Virus record (IMG/VR): IMGVR_UViG_3300042882_001046
Location: 54,269-118,268 of that record
Length of the DNA: 64,000 bases
Source: a virus
Direction: 5' to 3' (one strand)
Positions 44,490 to 54,743 of this stretch are shown one piece after another (the first letter of the stretch is position 1; each line of letters opens with the position of its first letter). Below the pieces are notes generated by a model. It made no database searches, was not told the origin of the DNA, and saw only the letters and a list, made by a program, of their open reading frames with translations. The position numbers were made by a program, and so were the translations under genes.

Positions 44490-45722
44490 ATGAATAACAT
44501 AGATAAAAAATATACGGAGCTTCTTCAAGACATTCTTGACAACGGAGTAGAAAAGAAAGACCGAACTGGAACAGGGACCCTTTCGGTTTTTGGTAGACAA
44601 ATCAGACATAAAATGTCTGAAGGGTTTCCATTACTTACCACAAAAAAAATGGCTTGGAATTCGATTGTTACCGAGCTTTTGTGGTTTTTAAGAGGAGAAA
44701 CAAATATTAAATTCTTGTTAGACTACGACTGTCATATATGGGATGGGGATGCATACAAAAGATATGAAAGGTCTCGTACTTGGGAATTGCAAGAAACTCC
44801 AACAATGAGTGAGTTTATCAAAAAAATAAAAGAGGACGAATTGTTTAGAAAAACATGGGGAGAATTGGGTCCAATTTATGGTAAACAATGGAGGCATTGG
44901 GAAAATGAAGTGGTTAATTATGCGGGTATGAAATATGATAGGGAACATATCGACCAAATTAAAAACTTAATTGATGAACTTAAAACAAACCCTGATTCAA
45001 GACGATTAATGGTTAATGCGTGGAATGTTGGAGAGTTAGACCAAATGGTTCTTCCTCCTTGTCATTATGGGTTTCAGGTTTACACAAGAGAGTTGAGATA
45101 CAAAGAAAGATATGATTATTGGTTTTCCAGAAACTATGAAACAGGGATGGAGAAAAACTATAATCTAATTCCCGATATGGAAAACCCATATTATGAGCCA
45201 ACACCAAAACGTGCAATTTCTTTAATATGGAACCAACGTTCTGTGGACACATTTTTGGGATTACCTTTTAATATTGCATCATACGCCTTGTTATTAGAAA
45301 TTATCGCCAAAGAGGTTGGAATGATTCCCGATGAATTAATTGGCAATCTTGGTGACACTCACTTATATTTGAATCATATTGAACAAGCAAAAGAACAAAT
45401 AGGAAGACCATTAACATTTGATGAGAGATATTCAATGTATACTGGCGATAATAAAACTTGGGAAGATGGTGGAGGAAATGCTTGGGGTAAAATAAACGGA
45501 TTAGATATTATGGACGACGCTGGAATCCCAACTCGAACTAGACAACCATTTAAATTACCAAGATTAAAAATTACAGAAAGAAATTGGTACCAACACGAAT
45601 TAGTTAAGGAACATTTAGGTGAAAAAACTTTAGATGAGAAAATCAAAAGTTATCGACCTGATTGTTTTGAACTAATCAATTATCAATCACACCCAAAAAT
45701 TAAAGCTCCTTTATCAAACTAA
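44490..45722 (+). CDS. thyA: Thymidylate synthase with two insertions
   Basis: DRTGTGT, PLLTTKK, ELLWFL, LPPCH, QRSVD, GLPFN, HLYLNH. Confidence 0.95.
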   Translation: MNNIDKKYTELLQDILDNGVEKKDRTGTGTLSVFGRQIRHKMSEGFPLLTTKKMAWNSIVTELLWFLRGETNIKFLLDYDCHIWDGDAYKRYERSRTWELQETPTMSEFIKKIKEDELFRKTWGELGPIYGKQWRHWENEVVNYAGMKYDREHIDQIKNLIDELKTNPDSRRLMVNAWNVGELDQMVLPPCHYGFQVYTRELRYKERYDYWFSRNYETGMEKNYNLIPDMENPYYEPTPKRAISLIWNQRSVDTFLGLPFNIASYALLLEIIAKEVGMIPDELIGNLGDTHLYLNHIEQAKEQIGRPLTFDERYSMYTGDNKTWEDGGGNAWGKINGLDIMDDAGIPTRTRQPFKLPRLKITERNWYQHELVKEHLGEKTLDEKIKSYRPDCFELINYQSHPKIKAPLSN

Positions 45723-45943
45723 TGGAATACGAAATTATACTACCCGAAATAATCGGTGACGAATGGCATAACATTGGAATTGATTTTGCCCCTCAAACAA
45801 TTACTGGAGTTATCCGAGGTGAAAATGTGGATAAAACAATTATCGATTTGAAAAAATATTGTCTTTCATTAGATAATCGCTATTTGAAAGAATATAAAAT
45901 AATAAAGAAAGAAGATAAAACGATAATTCAAATTACTGTTTAA
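45722..45943 (+). CDS. Hypothetical protein
   Basis: TAATG-coupled ORF. Confidence 0.55.
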   Translation: MEYEIILPEIIGDEWHNIGIDFAPQTITGVIRGENVDKTIIDLKKYCLSLDNRYLKEYKIIKKEDKTIIQITV

Positions 45944-46371
45944 TGAAAAAATACGGAATAACCTCAATGTATGGAAACCCTATCCATCCAGGACATATCG
46001 AATGTCTTATGTTGTCCAAAGAACTTGTGGACGAATTATGGGTAATCGTAAATAACGATAAACAGGCTGAATTAAAGAGAGGGGTTCCTTCCTTTCAAGA
46101 TGAGGAATATCGTAAAGTGGTTATTGAATCAATTAGATACGTTGACCATGCAGAAATCGCTATTGACCAAGATGGTAGTGTTTGTGAAACAATTAAATTA
46201 TTCCACAATAAAATTAAATCATTAGACTCTGAGTCTGAAATCATCTTCACAAAGGGTGGAGACCGATTCGCAAATGAAATCCCTGAGAAAGTAGTTTGTG
46301 ATTCATTAGCTATAAAAATAGTTGATGGGTTAGGATTAAAAACTCACAACTCAAGTGACATGATTAAGTAA
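45943..46371 (+). CDS. Cytidylyltransferase-like nucleotidyltransferase
   Basis: HIGH-type NPIHPGH, VIVNND, FTKGGDR. Confidence 0.85.
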   Translation: MKKYGITSMYGNPIHPGHIECLMLSKELVDELWVIVNNDKQAELKRGVPSFQDEEYRKVVIESIRYVDHAEIAIDQDGSVCETIKLFHNKIKSLDSESEIIFTKGGDRFANEIPEKVVCDSLAIKIVDGLGLKTHNSSDMIK

Positions 46372-46376
46372 AAACT

Positions 46377-47231
46377 ATGAAAAAAATTTTAGTAACGGGT
46401 GGTAATGGATTTATCGGTAGTAATTTAATTAAGAGATTAGTTAGTGAAGGTCATAACGTAGTGTCATTAGATGACTTATCAACAGGTTTGAAAGAATATG
46501 AAGTTAAAGGATGTAGTTACTCGTATGGCGACATTGAACAACTTTTATATTGGAAAAATGATAACTTTGATTTGTGTTACCATCTTGCTGCGTTGTCTCG
46601 AATCCAAACTTCATTTGATGACCCAATGGAAAACTTCAGAGTAAACGCGGGAGGTACTCAAACTGTTGCTCAATGGGCAAAAGAAAATAATGTTAAAGTA
46701 GTTTATGCTGGTTCATCATCTCGTTGGTGTAATCCTCAAACTTCTCCTTACGCAACAAGTAAAAAAATTGGTGAGGACATTCTTAAGATGTACAGGACGG
46801 CATATAATTGTGATTTTGAAATTTGTAGATTCTATAATGTTTATGGTCCAAACGAATTAGTCGACAGTAAGATGGCGGCGGTTATTGGAATTTGGAGATA
46901 TCAAATTAATAATGGATTACCAATTACAATAGTTGGTGATGGTAACCAACGTAGAGACTTTACCCATGTTGAAGACATTGTAGATGGTCTATATAGAGTT
47001 GGCATGTCTTCAGAAAAACATGAGGACGCTTGGGAATTAGGAACAGGGGTTAATTACTCAGTAAATGAAGTTTATGAAATGATGGTAGAAAGATTTGGTG
47101 AGATTAAAAAAATCCATATTCCTGACCAAGCGGGAAACTATCCTTCAACACTAAGAGAAAATTTTGACACATTGGCCCGATTGGGGTGGAGTCCATCAGA
47201 TAAATTAAAATTATATATTCAATCATTATGA
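46377..47231 (+). CDS. NAD-dependent epimerase/dehydratase
   Basis: GGNGFIG, HLAA, YATSK (YxxxK), RFYNVYGP, RDFTHV. Confidence 0.92.
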   Translation: MKKILVTGGNGFIGSNLIKRLVSEGHNVVSLDDLSTGLKEYEVKGCSYSYGDIEQLLYWKNDNFDLCYHLAALSRIQTSFDDPMENFRVNAGGTQTVAQWAKENNVKVVYAGSSSRWCNPQTSPYATSKKIGEDILKMYRTAYNCDFEICRFYNVYGPNELVDSKMAAVIGIWRYQINNGLPITIVGDGNQRRDFTHVEDIVDGLYRVGMSSEKHEDAWELGTGVNYSVNEVYEMMVERFGEIKKIHIPDQAGNYPSTLRENFDTLARLGWSPSDKLKLYIQSL

Positions 47232-47569
47232 GAGAAGAAAGACCTTGGGGATTTTATGAAATCCTATTAGATAAAGAATACACTAAAGTAAAACAGATAA
47301 CGGTAAACCCTGGTCAAAAATTGTCCTACCAATACCATAACTTTAGGAAAGAATATTGGACAATAGTTCAGGGTTCTGCAACTATAATTTTAGATGATGA
47401 AAAAGTTTTCAGGTATCAAGGAGAATCAATCCACATTCCACTTGGTGCAAAACATAGAATCATCAATGAAGAAGAATTCCCATTAGTTTTTATTGAAGTA
47501 CAGGTTGGTGAATACTTTGGTGAAGATGATATCGTAAGATTAGAAGATGATTATGGTAGACAGGATTAA
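47228..47569 (+). CDS. Mannose-6-phosphate isomerase type II cupin domain
   Basis: ERPWG, LSYQYH, IEVQVGEYFGEDDIVRLEDDYGR. Confidence 0.9.
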   Translation: MREERPWGFYEILLDKEYTKVKQITVNPGQKLSYQYHNFRKEYWTIVQGSATIILDDEKVFRYQGESIHIPLGAKHRIINEEEFPLVFIEVQVGEYFGEDDIVRLEDDYGRQD

Positions 47570-48189
47570 GATAGATTACCTGTCATTCCCGCCAAAGTTA
47601 TATATAAACCAAGTATTTTTTGAGAAAAGTTTTTCGCATAATGATTAACCATTCCCATATTGTCAAGGTCTTTGTTATGCTTAATCATATAACTAATCAC
47701 ACCTTGTACAATTTTGTCCTTGGACTCGTCAGCATCTTCTAAAACCGCTTGAAATTCCTCCTCGTCTTCTCTACCTTCACCATAATATCTGTCAATGTGT
47801 TCTTTACCTGCATATAATAAAGGAGACGCTCCGAACATATTAATAATCCCTGAATCCCTAATTTTAGTTAAGTACTCTCTAAACCATCTCCAATCGAAGT
47901 GGTCATAAATGTCTGGATTTTGTGTTATATAATTCCAATTACCATCTTTGGCTTCTTTAATTGATTCCGACTCAACTTTTTTCCAAGCGTCGGTTGTAGA
48001 TAAAAGGCCTAACGTGCTTCCGTTTTCCCAATTAACATTATAAATTAATTCACCTGCAGGTTCAAATGGGTCTCTTGATAAACTCCTAACAGTTCCTCTT
48101 GTACCTGGTGGTACTGATGTTTCACCATCCATATGGTAACAAACTACTACATCACCCTCTTTTAATGGTGGATTTAACTGTCCTTTCAT
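47566..48189 (-). CDS. Fusion of DUF4314-like and DUF5049-like regions
   Basis: VPPGTRGTV...VNWENGSTLGL and KIRDSGIINMF (family names from memory); TATTTATT 3 nt before ATG 48189. Confidence 0.55.
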   Translation of the reverse strand: MKGQLNPPLKEGDVVVCYHMDGETSVPPGTRGTVRSLSRDPFEPAGELIYNVNWENGSTLGLLSTTDAWKKVESESIKEAKDGNWNYITQNPDIYDHFDWRWFREYLTKIRDSGIINMFGASPLLYAGKEHIDRYYGEGREDEEEFQAVLEDADESKDKIVQGVISYMIKHNKDLDNMGMVNHYAKNFSQKILGLYITLAGMTGNLS

Positions 48190-48223
48190 AATAATAAATA
48201 TATACAGTATATTTATAAGTTGT

Positions 48224-48844
48224 ATGGAGTTTTTAATTACAGAATCACAACTTAAAAAAATATTAACTGAACAGGAAAGGTCCAGAATGGATGGGTATAT
48301 GAAACAATTAAACTCATTCACAAAACAAATTGTCAATAGAGTTCTTAAATCTTACGGTTTGAACTTAAGAATGTTATTAACATGGGGTACTTCTGTTGGT
48401 GGTATGGTTTTACCTTTGGACCGTTATCTTAGGACAGGTAATTTTGATTTAACTGACAATCAAAGGATGTTAGTTTTGGCGGGAATTGCGTTTACTCTTT
48501 TCTTTGAGACTAAAAGTCCTTTAAGTAAATTATTAAAATTAATTAAAGAAGAGGGTCTTTCTGATGTTTATAAAGTTGGACTTAACAAGGGTAAACAACT
48601 TAAAGAATCTTTTTTGAATTTTATGAGTTCTGTGAATGTAAGCACTGGTAGTTTTATGGATACCGTGGCTTATAGTTTTTTAATACCTATAATTACAGAC
48701 ATACAAGAAGCGGCAATGAGTGGTGGAGACCCAAAAGAAACCGCGATTATGATTGCTCAAAGATTATCCGCATCGGGTGTGGTTATAATTGGAAGTCAGG
48801 TTTTATCAAGAACTATTAAGAAAATTATAGATAGAATTAAGTAA
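48224..48844 (+). CDS. Hypothetical membrane-associated probable virion protein
   Basis: MEFLITESQLKKILTEQ; TATTTATA upstream. Confidence 0.65.
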   Translation: MEFLITESQLKKILTEQERSRMDGYMKQLNSFTKQIVNRVLKSYGLNLRMLLTWGTSVGGMVLPLDRYLRTGNFDLTDNQRMLVLAGIAFTLFFETKSPLSKLLKLIKEEGLSDVYKVGLNKGKQLKESFLNFMSSVNVSTGSFMDTVAYSFLIPIITDIQEAAMSGGDPKETAIMIAQRLSASGVVIIGSQVLSRTIKKIIDRIK

Positions 48845-49577
48845 ATAATTCTCGAGTTATATAGACACCCCAATCACTCCCTGAAACTTCAATTCCATCT
48901 ATTTTGTTAACGTAGAATGAGACATTATAATATAAGTCATCAACATTCATAACTCTCATATCTGGTTCTAATATTCTATAGATTACATTCTCAACAAAAT
49001 TTCTAATGTAATCATTATCATTCATTCCTTCTGAAATTGCCGCACCTAAATCATCTATTTTATCTAAATTAGGGTTAATTGGTTTCCCGTTTTCTTGAAA
49101 AGAACTCGCTTGTACGGTAAAATAAAAATTAATATTAACATCACTTAACTCATAAAAATAATCTTTTGCGGGTCTGAATCCAGTATTAAAATCAACTCTA
49201 AATTCTTTACCTCTAAGTTCTATTCTCCCAACATCGTTATTTAAACTTGATATAATTTCTTTTTGTTTTTCGGGTGTAATGTATATTGGGTATTCAGGTA
49301 TTTTTCCATTAACAAATATTTTATCTATTGAATATGAAAATTGCGTTCCAATATAATTCCAAAGATTGATTAATATGTCTTGTATGTTCCCGTCAAATTT
49401 TGGTACAGCATAACACATATTTTCTCTTGGTAATATGACATTAACCTTGAATCTGAAGGCCATCTTACTATGAAGGTCATACGGTTCAACGGAAAGAAAT
49501 TTGAATCGGTTTTCATCAATTTCAAATTCGTTTTCAAGTAAAAATCTTTTAATTATATTTTCTATTCTACTCGTCAT
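48837..49577 (-). CDS. Hypothetical protein
   Basis: 246-aa ORF. Confidence 0.65.
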   Translation of the reverse strand: MTSRIENIIKRFLLENEFEIDENRFKFLSVEPYDLHSKMAFRFKVNVILPRENMCYAVPKFDGNIQDILINLWNYIGTQFSYSIDKIFVNGKIPEYPIYITPEKQKEIISSLNNDVGRIELRGKEFRVDFNTGFRPAKDYFYELSDVNINFYFTVQASSFQENGKPINPNLDKIDDLGAAISEGMNDNDYIRNFVENVIYRILEPDMRVMNVDDLYYNVSFYVNKIDGIEVSGSDWGVYITRELFT

Positions 49578-50557
49578 TATTTTGTGTCCAAAATTTTCTG
49601 AATAACTCTCTCTTTTTGGTTAGGATTCAAGTTATGTTTATGAGAATTTTTTTCAAACCATTGTCTTACAATAGTTTCAAAATCGGACTTTTCTGATTTG
49701 GCTCTTTTTCTAAAACCAGCTCTCTGAGCTCCAAGTTCGTGTGGTTGTGTGTAATATTTTTCAGGAGATTTTGGTTCTTTTTTCGGAATTTTCATACCCT
49801 CCCTATGTTGTTTGATATGTTCTAACTCGTGTCTTATAATGTCATTAAGTTCTCTAGTTAATTCATCCAAATTAGAATATCCTGATTCAGGGTTAGATAT
49901 AATTGTAATGTTTACCAAATCATCGTCAAAATATAAATCACCGTCAACATCTACACCTTCAATGTTCTCATCAGTTTGTAAATCTAAAAATATGGTAAAC
50001 CCTTCAAACCCTGGTAAATTATATACCATCTCCTCGTCACTCAAATCTTCAGGTAATCCGAACTCACCCTTTCTTTGGTGCTTAAAAAACTTAATAACGT
50101 CTTGAACCAGCTTTCTTGTTGTCTTATCTAAAACACCTTCTGTTATAATACCTTCTGTTAATTTCATTGCCCTTACCTCATTTATTACTTTAGTACATAT
50201 TGCTGGCATTTCAATGCCAAAATATTTTAAAAAATTTGTTAGTTTATCACTAATAACCCACCTTAAATTTGCATATTCTTGACTACTTGTATTGATATCA
50301 ATGTCGTTACCGTACACCTGACCGAACACACTACTCCATCTGTCTGAGTTTTCGTTTGTTGGTAGAATATATGCGGTATACTCAACGTGAGGTTTTTTAT
50401 CTCCAATACTAATATAATCTTTAACACCTGTTAGTTTTACCTTAACATTTGTTGGCAGAGAAAAATCCTCATCATGTGTTGGTTGTAAATAAACCTCAAA
50501 GATGTGGTTTTCAAAAAACTGATTTATTCTTTCTATTGGAAAATCTATTAGATTCAT
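49577..50557 (-). CDS. Hypothetical protein with HExxH motif
   Basis: HELEH...HELGA; TATTTATT 4 nt before ATG. Confidence 0.65.
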   Translation of the reverse strand: MNLIDFPIERINQFFENHIFEVYLQPTHDEDFSLPTNVKVKLTGVKDYISIGDKKPHVEYTAYILPTNENSDRWSSVFGQVYGNDIDINTSSQEYANLRWVISDKLTNFLKYFGIEMPAICTKVINEVRAMKLTEGIITEGVLDKTTRKLVQDVIKFFKHQRKGEFGLPEDLSDEEMVYNLPGFEGFTIFLDLQTDENIEGVDVDGDLYFDDDLVNITIISNPESGYSNLDELTRELNDIIRHELEHIKQHREGMKIPKKEPKSPEKYYTQPHELGAQRAGFRKRAKSEKSDFETIVRQWFEKNSHKHNLNPNQKERVIQKILDTK

Positions 50558-50559
50558 CT

Positions 50560-50994
50560 CTAATAAATACCATCAAATGGAATTGCAATCCCAACTCCGA
50601 AACGAAAACCCTTCATGTAGTTAACTCCGAATGTGAAATCGAACCCTCTTTCAGTATTTGTAATGATTCTTAATGGATAAACTTTAACCCAAACATCTGG
50701 CTCAAGTTCAATTTTATCAACATAACTTTCAATAAACGCACCACCCATCACACTAATTTTGTTGTTTGTTAAACTAATTCCAACCCGATTCATAAATGAT
50801 ATTGGGGTGGTGTAGATATACGGTTGTGGGAAGCTGGTTCTGAAATACCCCCCAACGTAATAACCTATTGGAGAATAGTTGCTATTGTAAGTTGCAACCA
50901 ATGTGTTTTGGTCTTTAACGTACATTACATCTGCTGTCTGCCCATACACAATGGAACATAATAACACAAAAATTGAGGTGATGGTTGTTTTCAT
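50560..50994 (-). CDS. Secreted/outer-membrane beta-strand protein
   Basis: Signal peptide, alternating beta pattern; TATATTTG 4 nt before ATG. Confidence 0.6.
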   Translation of the reverse strand: MKTTITSIFVLLCSIVYGQTADVMYVKDQNTLVATYNSNYSPIGYYVGGYFRTSFPQPYIYTTPISFMNRVGISLTNNKISVMGGAFIESYVDKIELEPDVWVKVYPLRIITNTERGFDFTFGVNYMKGFRFGVGIAIPFDGIY

Positions 50995-51081
50995 AATGCA
51001 AATATATTATTTTTGGGAATACAAAACGAATGTTGATTATAATTTTTATTATTTGTAAATTTAAAAAAAAATACGTTAAAG

Positions 51082-52098
51082 ATGTCGAGATTAGATGAAT
51101 TAAAAAAACAGTACCCTGAGTTGAACATTAGCTTGTTTGACCTTTTAAACCGTATGGATACGTCAAAAACCTACAAATACATGCCGTTGTTATGTAAAAT
51201 TTTTGGCGAAAGGTTTGATGCGGAAAAACAATATGGATTTAATAAAAAATCAAAAATTGATGGTCAAAAAGATGAGTTAGTAAGCGGATTAACACATAAA
51301 GGAATTACGTGTTCAGATTTAACATTTTCTGAACTTTACACAATTCACCAATTCACTGATTTTTATAACTATGAAACTTTTACAACTGTTAAAGAATTCA
51401 TGGAAAGAATGGATAAAAATCAAATGGAAAATAAAGATGTTACATCTTATCCAAACTTGGAATCTTTAAGGACTGCTGTAAGTTTGGCATCTTTAAAAGA
51501 ATTAGATAAAGAACTTGAATTACAAGTTGTTAAAGAATTTGAAGACGAAAAGTGGTTGGTGGTTAGACCTCTAACATTCCAATCATCTTCAAAGTACGGA
51601 GCATCAACAAGATGGTGTACAACCTATCAAAAAGAAAAACAATATTTCGCAAGATATTGGAAAAAAGGTATTTTGGTTTACTTTATCAATAAAGAAAGTG
51701 GATATAAATTTGCGGGATTTAAAGCGTTAGATGGTGATACAGAATTAAGTTTTTGGAATTCGGCGGATAGTCGTGTTGATTATTTAGATGTACAAGTGGA
51801 TGATTACTTGTTCCCAATTGTTAAAAAAATCTTGAGCTCGACAAAAACAAACAAAGATTTTTGTTCTGAAGAATTGGCTGATAGCGTTTTAAAAGAATGC
51901 GAATATTATGAGATAAAATCTGAAATAGAAGTACCAAGAGAAATCGGATATGAACAACCAATGATGGATGAAATGGCTGAAGAAGGAATTATTGAAACTG
52001 TTCGTGACTTTGGTAGATTATTACAAGAAAGAATTAATACGGAAGAAGTTATGGAAATGGAGGTTCAATCCGAAATTGTTCCTACTATGAGAGCATAA
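51082..52098 (+). CDS. Hypothetical phage protein, paralogous in part to 11264..12748
   Basis: VVRPLTFQSSSKYGASTRWC...LVYFINK. Confidence 0.7.
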   Translation: MSRLDELKKQYPELNISLFDLLNRMDTSKTYKYMPLLCKIFGERFDAEKQYGFNKKSKIDGQKDELVSGLTHKGITCSDLTFSELYTIHQFTDFYNYETFTTVKEFMERMDKNQMENKDVTSYPNLESLRTAVSLASLKELDKELELQVVKEFEDEKWLVVRPLTFQSSSKYGASTRWCTTYQKEKQYFARYWKKGILVYFINKESGYKFAGFKALDGDTELSFWNSADSRVDYLDVQVDDYLFPIVKKILSSTKTNKDFCSEELADSVLKECEYYEIKSEIEVPREIGYEQPMMDEMAEEGIIETVRDFGRLLQERINTEEVMEMEVQSEIVPTMRA

Positions 52099-52132
52099 AT
52101 AAATAACCCACCTATTGGTGGGTTTTTTATTT

Positions 52133-52399
52133 TTAAAATTCTTCTATTTCTACAATTAAAGGTGTTTCTCCTTTTATGACTCTATGCCAAACAAATTTTG
52201 GAATTAGAATTTGTTCGGCATTTAACAATTTGTTTGGCAAACCATCATCCATTTGAAATGACCAACCTCCAGATTCTATAATTGTAACTTTTCGGTCCAT
52301 TAGGTCTTGATGCCACTTTAATTCGTCTGAATCAACATCAGGACTAAAAGTCCTAACTAATTTTCCTTCTTTTTCTATTTGTTTAAAGGGATGTTCCAT
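52133..52399 (-). CDS. Cupin-like small protein
   Basis: LKWHQD...WHRVIKG. Confidence 0.55.
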   Translation of the reverse strand: MEHPFKQIEKEGKLVRTFSPDVDSDELKWHQDLMDRKVTIIESGGWSFQMDDGLPNKLLNAEQILIPKFVWHRVIKGETPLIVEIEEF

Positions 52400-52400
52400 A

Positions 52401-52721
52401 TTATAAATCTTTGGTTCCGTAAAAATCCGTATTTTTGAATGCGGGGGTTTTATTCCAGTGTACCTTTATTCTATTATTAATAGAAAAAACTTTAAAAAAG
52501 TCAGCAATGTTTGATTCAGTTTTTTTTAATAAACTTTTTAATGTATCGTGAGGCTCAATTTGGATAAAAACATGATATATTGGTGGTTGATAACTCCCTT
52601 TTAGAACATCTGTCACATTCATAGTAATAGGTTCAATCAAAGATTCATCTGTATTGATTTTTGGTATAAGAACTGAGTCTACATAGTTTTGTAAATACTC
52701 TTTTATTATTTCTAAATCCAT
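52401..52721 (-). CDS. Hypothetical protein, paralog of 52723..53022
   Basis: Shared YLQxYxDxVxxPKIN...I..FF....I....++WNKxP. Confidence 0.65.
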   Translation of the reverse strand: MDLEIIKEYLQNYVDSVLIPKINTDESLIEPITMNVTDVLKGSYQPPIYHVFIQIEPHDTLKSLLKKTESNIADFFKVFSINNRIKVHWNKTPAFKNTDFYGTKDL

Positions 52722-52722
52722 A

Positions 52723-53022
52723 TTAAAATAAAGGTCTTTTGTTCCAATAAATGCGTAAGTCTTTGTTAATACCTAACAATCTAAAAAAACTTGAAATGTC
52801 TGAATTAATGTTGTTGATAATACTACCTTTAGACCAATCTGGGTCCATATCTAAGAAAAAAACAATTCTGTTAGGATTTGTTTCAGCATGATGTACTTTA
52901 TAAACCGTAATTTTTATTGGTTCGTCATCTTCGCCGACTAACTCATCATTAATTTTCGGCTCAACAACATCATCAATATACGTTTGTAAGTATCTTTCAA
53001 TTTTATCTGATTCCATTACCAA
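52723..53022 (-). CDS. Hypothetical protein, paralog of 52401..52721
   Basis: Same shared pattern. Confidence 0.65.
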   Translation of the reverse strand: MVMESDKIERYLQTYIDDVVEPKINDELVGEDDEPIKITVYKVHHAETNPNRIVFFLDMDPDWSKGSIINNINSDISSFFRLLGINKDLRIYWNKRPLF

Positions 53023-53639
53023 GAGTTTGAAGAAGAAAGTCCTAATTGTTTTGCATATCTCCCAACATTACAAGACCAGTATCCTGCGGTGGTTCTATCT
53101 TTCTTTTGGTCACATTTGTGTCTTGCTCTAAAAGATTTTGCAGCTCCTTTGTTCTTATTTCTTACTCTTAAATTAGGGTCACCAAACGATACCTTTTTAA
53201 TACCTCCACTTTTTGATTTAACGTAAACCGAAAACTTTTTTGCCCCACCAGAAGTTCTGAATGGTTTATTAAGTTTAACATTTTTACCTCTGTGTTTTGC
53301 TTCCTCTAAAACTTCCTCGTCTTCCTCATCTTCATAAATGAAAGGAGCATCAAGATAAATTAATTTTCCATTAACCATAATTTTTTTACCTAAGTCGGAT
53401 TCAACCATAAGAGTATCCTCTTCGTTCAATTTAATTAACCCGTTCTCCCAAAGAGCTCTTACTTCGTTTACTAAATTGAAATAACTCTCAGAGTATGTTC
53501 TGAAGATATTGTTCGTTAATGTCATACCATTTTCAACATGGTATTTCAATGCATCGGACATTTCAACCGACTCTTTAAGAACTAAAGATTTGTCTAAATG
53601 TTCTTCTAATGTTTCTTTAATTAATTCTTTTAAATTCAT
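53016..53639 (-). CDS. Probable virion protein with basic C-terminal domain (DUF6321-like)
   Basis: KKFSVYVK...KVSFGDP...SFRARHKC...YWSC; L-x-E-rich N-terminus. Confidence 0.65.
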   Translation of the reverse strand: MNLKELIKETLEEHLDKSLVLKESVEMSDALKYHVENGMTLTNNIFRTYSESYFNLVNEVRALWENGLIKLNEEDTLMVESDLGKKIMVNGKLIYLDAPFIYEDEEDEEVLEEAKHRGKNVKLNKPFRTSGGAKKFSVYVKSKSGGIKKVSFGDPNLRVRNKNKGAAKSFRARHKCDQKKDRTTAGYWSCNVGRYAKQLGLSSSNSW

Positions 53640-53642
53640 ATG

Positions 53643-54743
53643 TTAAGGTTTTAATACAGCAACAACCTCGGGGTATTCTTTTTCTAAGACTTTTTTGTCT
53701 TTACCCTCATAAGGAATATTTTGTAAAATGTATCTAATGGCGTTTAATCCCGATATTCTTTTATCTTGTGAATCAATAATAACCCAAGGATTGTTAACTG
53801 TGGAGGTTTTATCAAAAAGTTTTTCTTTAAATTCTGTAAATCTATCCCATAGGTCTTGCATTTTTGAATCATTTGGAGAATATTTCCAATATTTTAATGG
53901 CGATTTTTGTCTGATGTCAAATCTTCTTTTTTGAGTATCTTTTTCAATTGAAAACCATAACTTAAACAAATAATCTCCTTCTCTAACTAAATCGTTTTCA
54001 AAATTCTCAACGTTTTCCATAAAGTCCTCATACTCTTCTGGTGACCCGTATCCCATAACAGGCTCAACTAAACCTCTGTTATACCAACTTCTATCAAAGA
54101 AATTAATCATTCCTGGTTTAATTTCTCTTTTGTATCTTCCCCACCAATCTTTTCTATCTTCAGGACTTGGTATCCCTAAAGCAACCACATTGTAGTATCT
54201 TGGATTTAAATTTTCTGTAAATTTCTTAATTGTAGAACCTTTACCTGCAGAATCCCTACCTTCAAAAACTATGATTACTGTTTTACCTGTTTTCTTTAAC
54301 CATTCTTGTAATTTCAACAATTCAACTTGAAGTTCAAACATTTCTTTTTTGTAAACTTTCTTTGGGACGATTGATGGTTCTTCGTCAAAGTCAAATTCAT
54401 AATCTTCAGCGTCAGGTTCAACACCATACCCTTTTTTTTCTCTAAATTTTAAAGAACTGATTATTTTACCAAAATAGTCTGATACGTTTCTTTTTTTGTC
54501 TCCCTTCTTAAGTAGAACTTTTCTAAGTCCTCTCTCTAACAATCCAAAATCAATAATTTGTTCTTTGGCTAAATTGGTAATTTCAATCAACATCCTCTCA
54601 ATTGTCGGGTTATAGATTTTAAGATACCTTAAAGCCTCCACACTTTTTGATAAATTAATGTTAAGATGTTTTGGCGAATTTTTATCTTCGGTCATCACAC
54701 CCATTACACTTTTGATTCTATCTATCTCATTTAATAACTGCAT
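53643..54743 (-). CDS. ppk2: Polyphosphate kinase 2 with about 120-aa N-terminal extension
   Basis: FEGRDSAGKG, FDRSWYNR, KLWFSI, KYWKYSP. Confidence 0.92.
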   Translation of the reverse strand: MQLLNEIDRIKSVMGVMTEDKNSPKHLNINLSKSVEALRYLKIYNPTIERMLIEITNLAKEQIIDFGLLERGLRKVLLKKGDKKRNVSDYFGKIISSLKFREKKGYGVEPDAEDYEFDFDEEPSIVPKKVYKKEMFELQVELLKLQEWLKKTGKTVIIVFEGRDSAGKGSTIKKFTENLNPRYYNVVALGIPSPEDRKDWWGRYKREIKPGMINFFDRSWYNRGLVEPVMGYGSPEEYEDFMENVENFENDLVREGDYLFKLWFSIEKDTQKRRFDIRQKSPLKYWKYSPNDSKMQDLWDRFTEFKEKLFDKTSTVNNPWVIIDSQDKRISGLNAIRYILQNIPYEGKDKKVLEKEYPEVVAVLKP

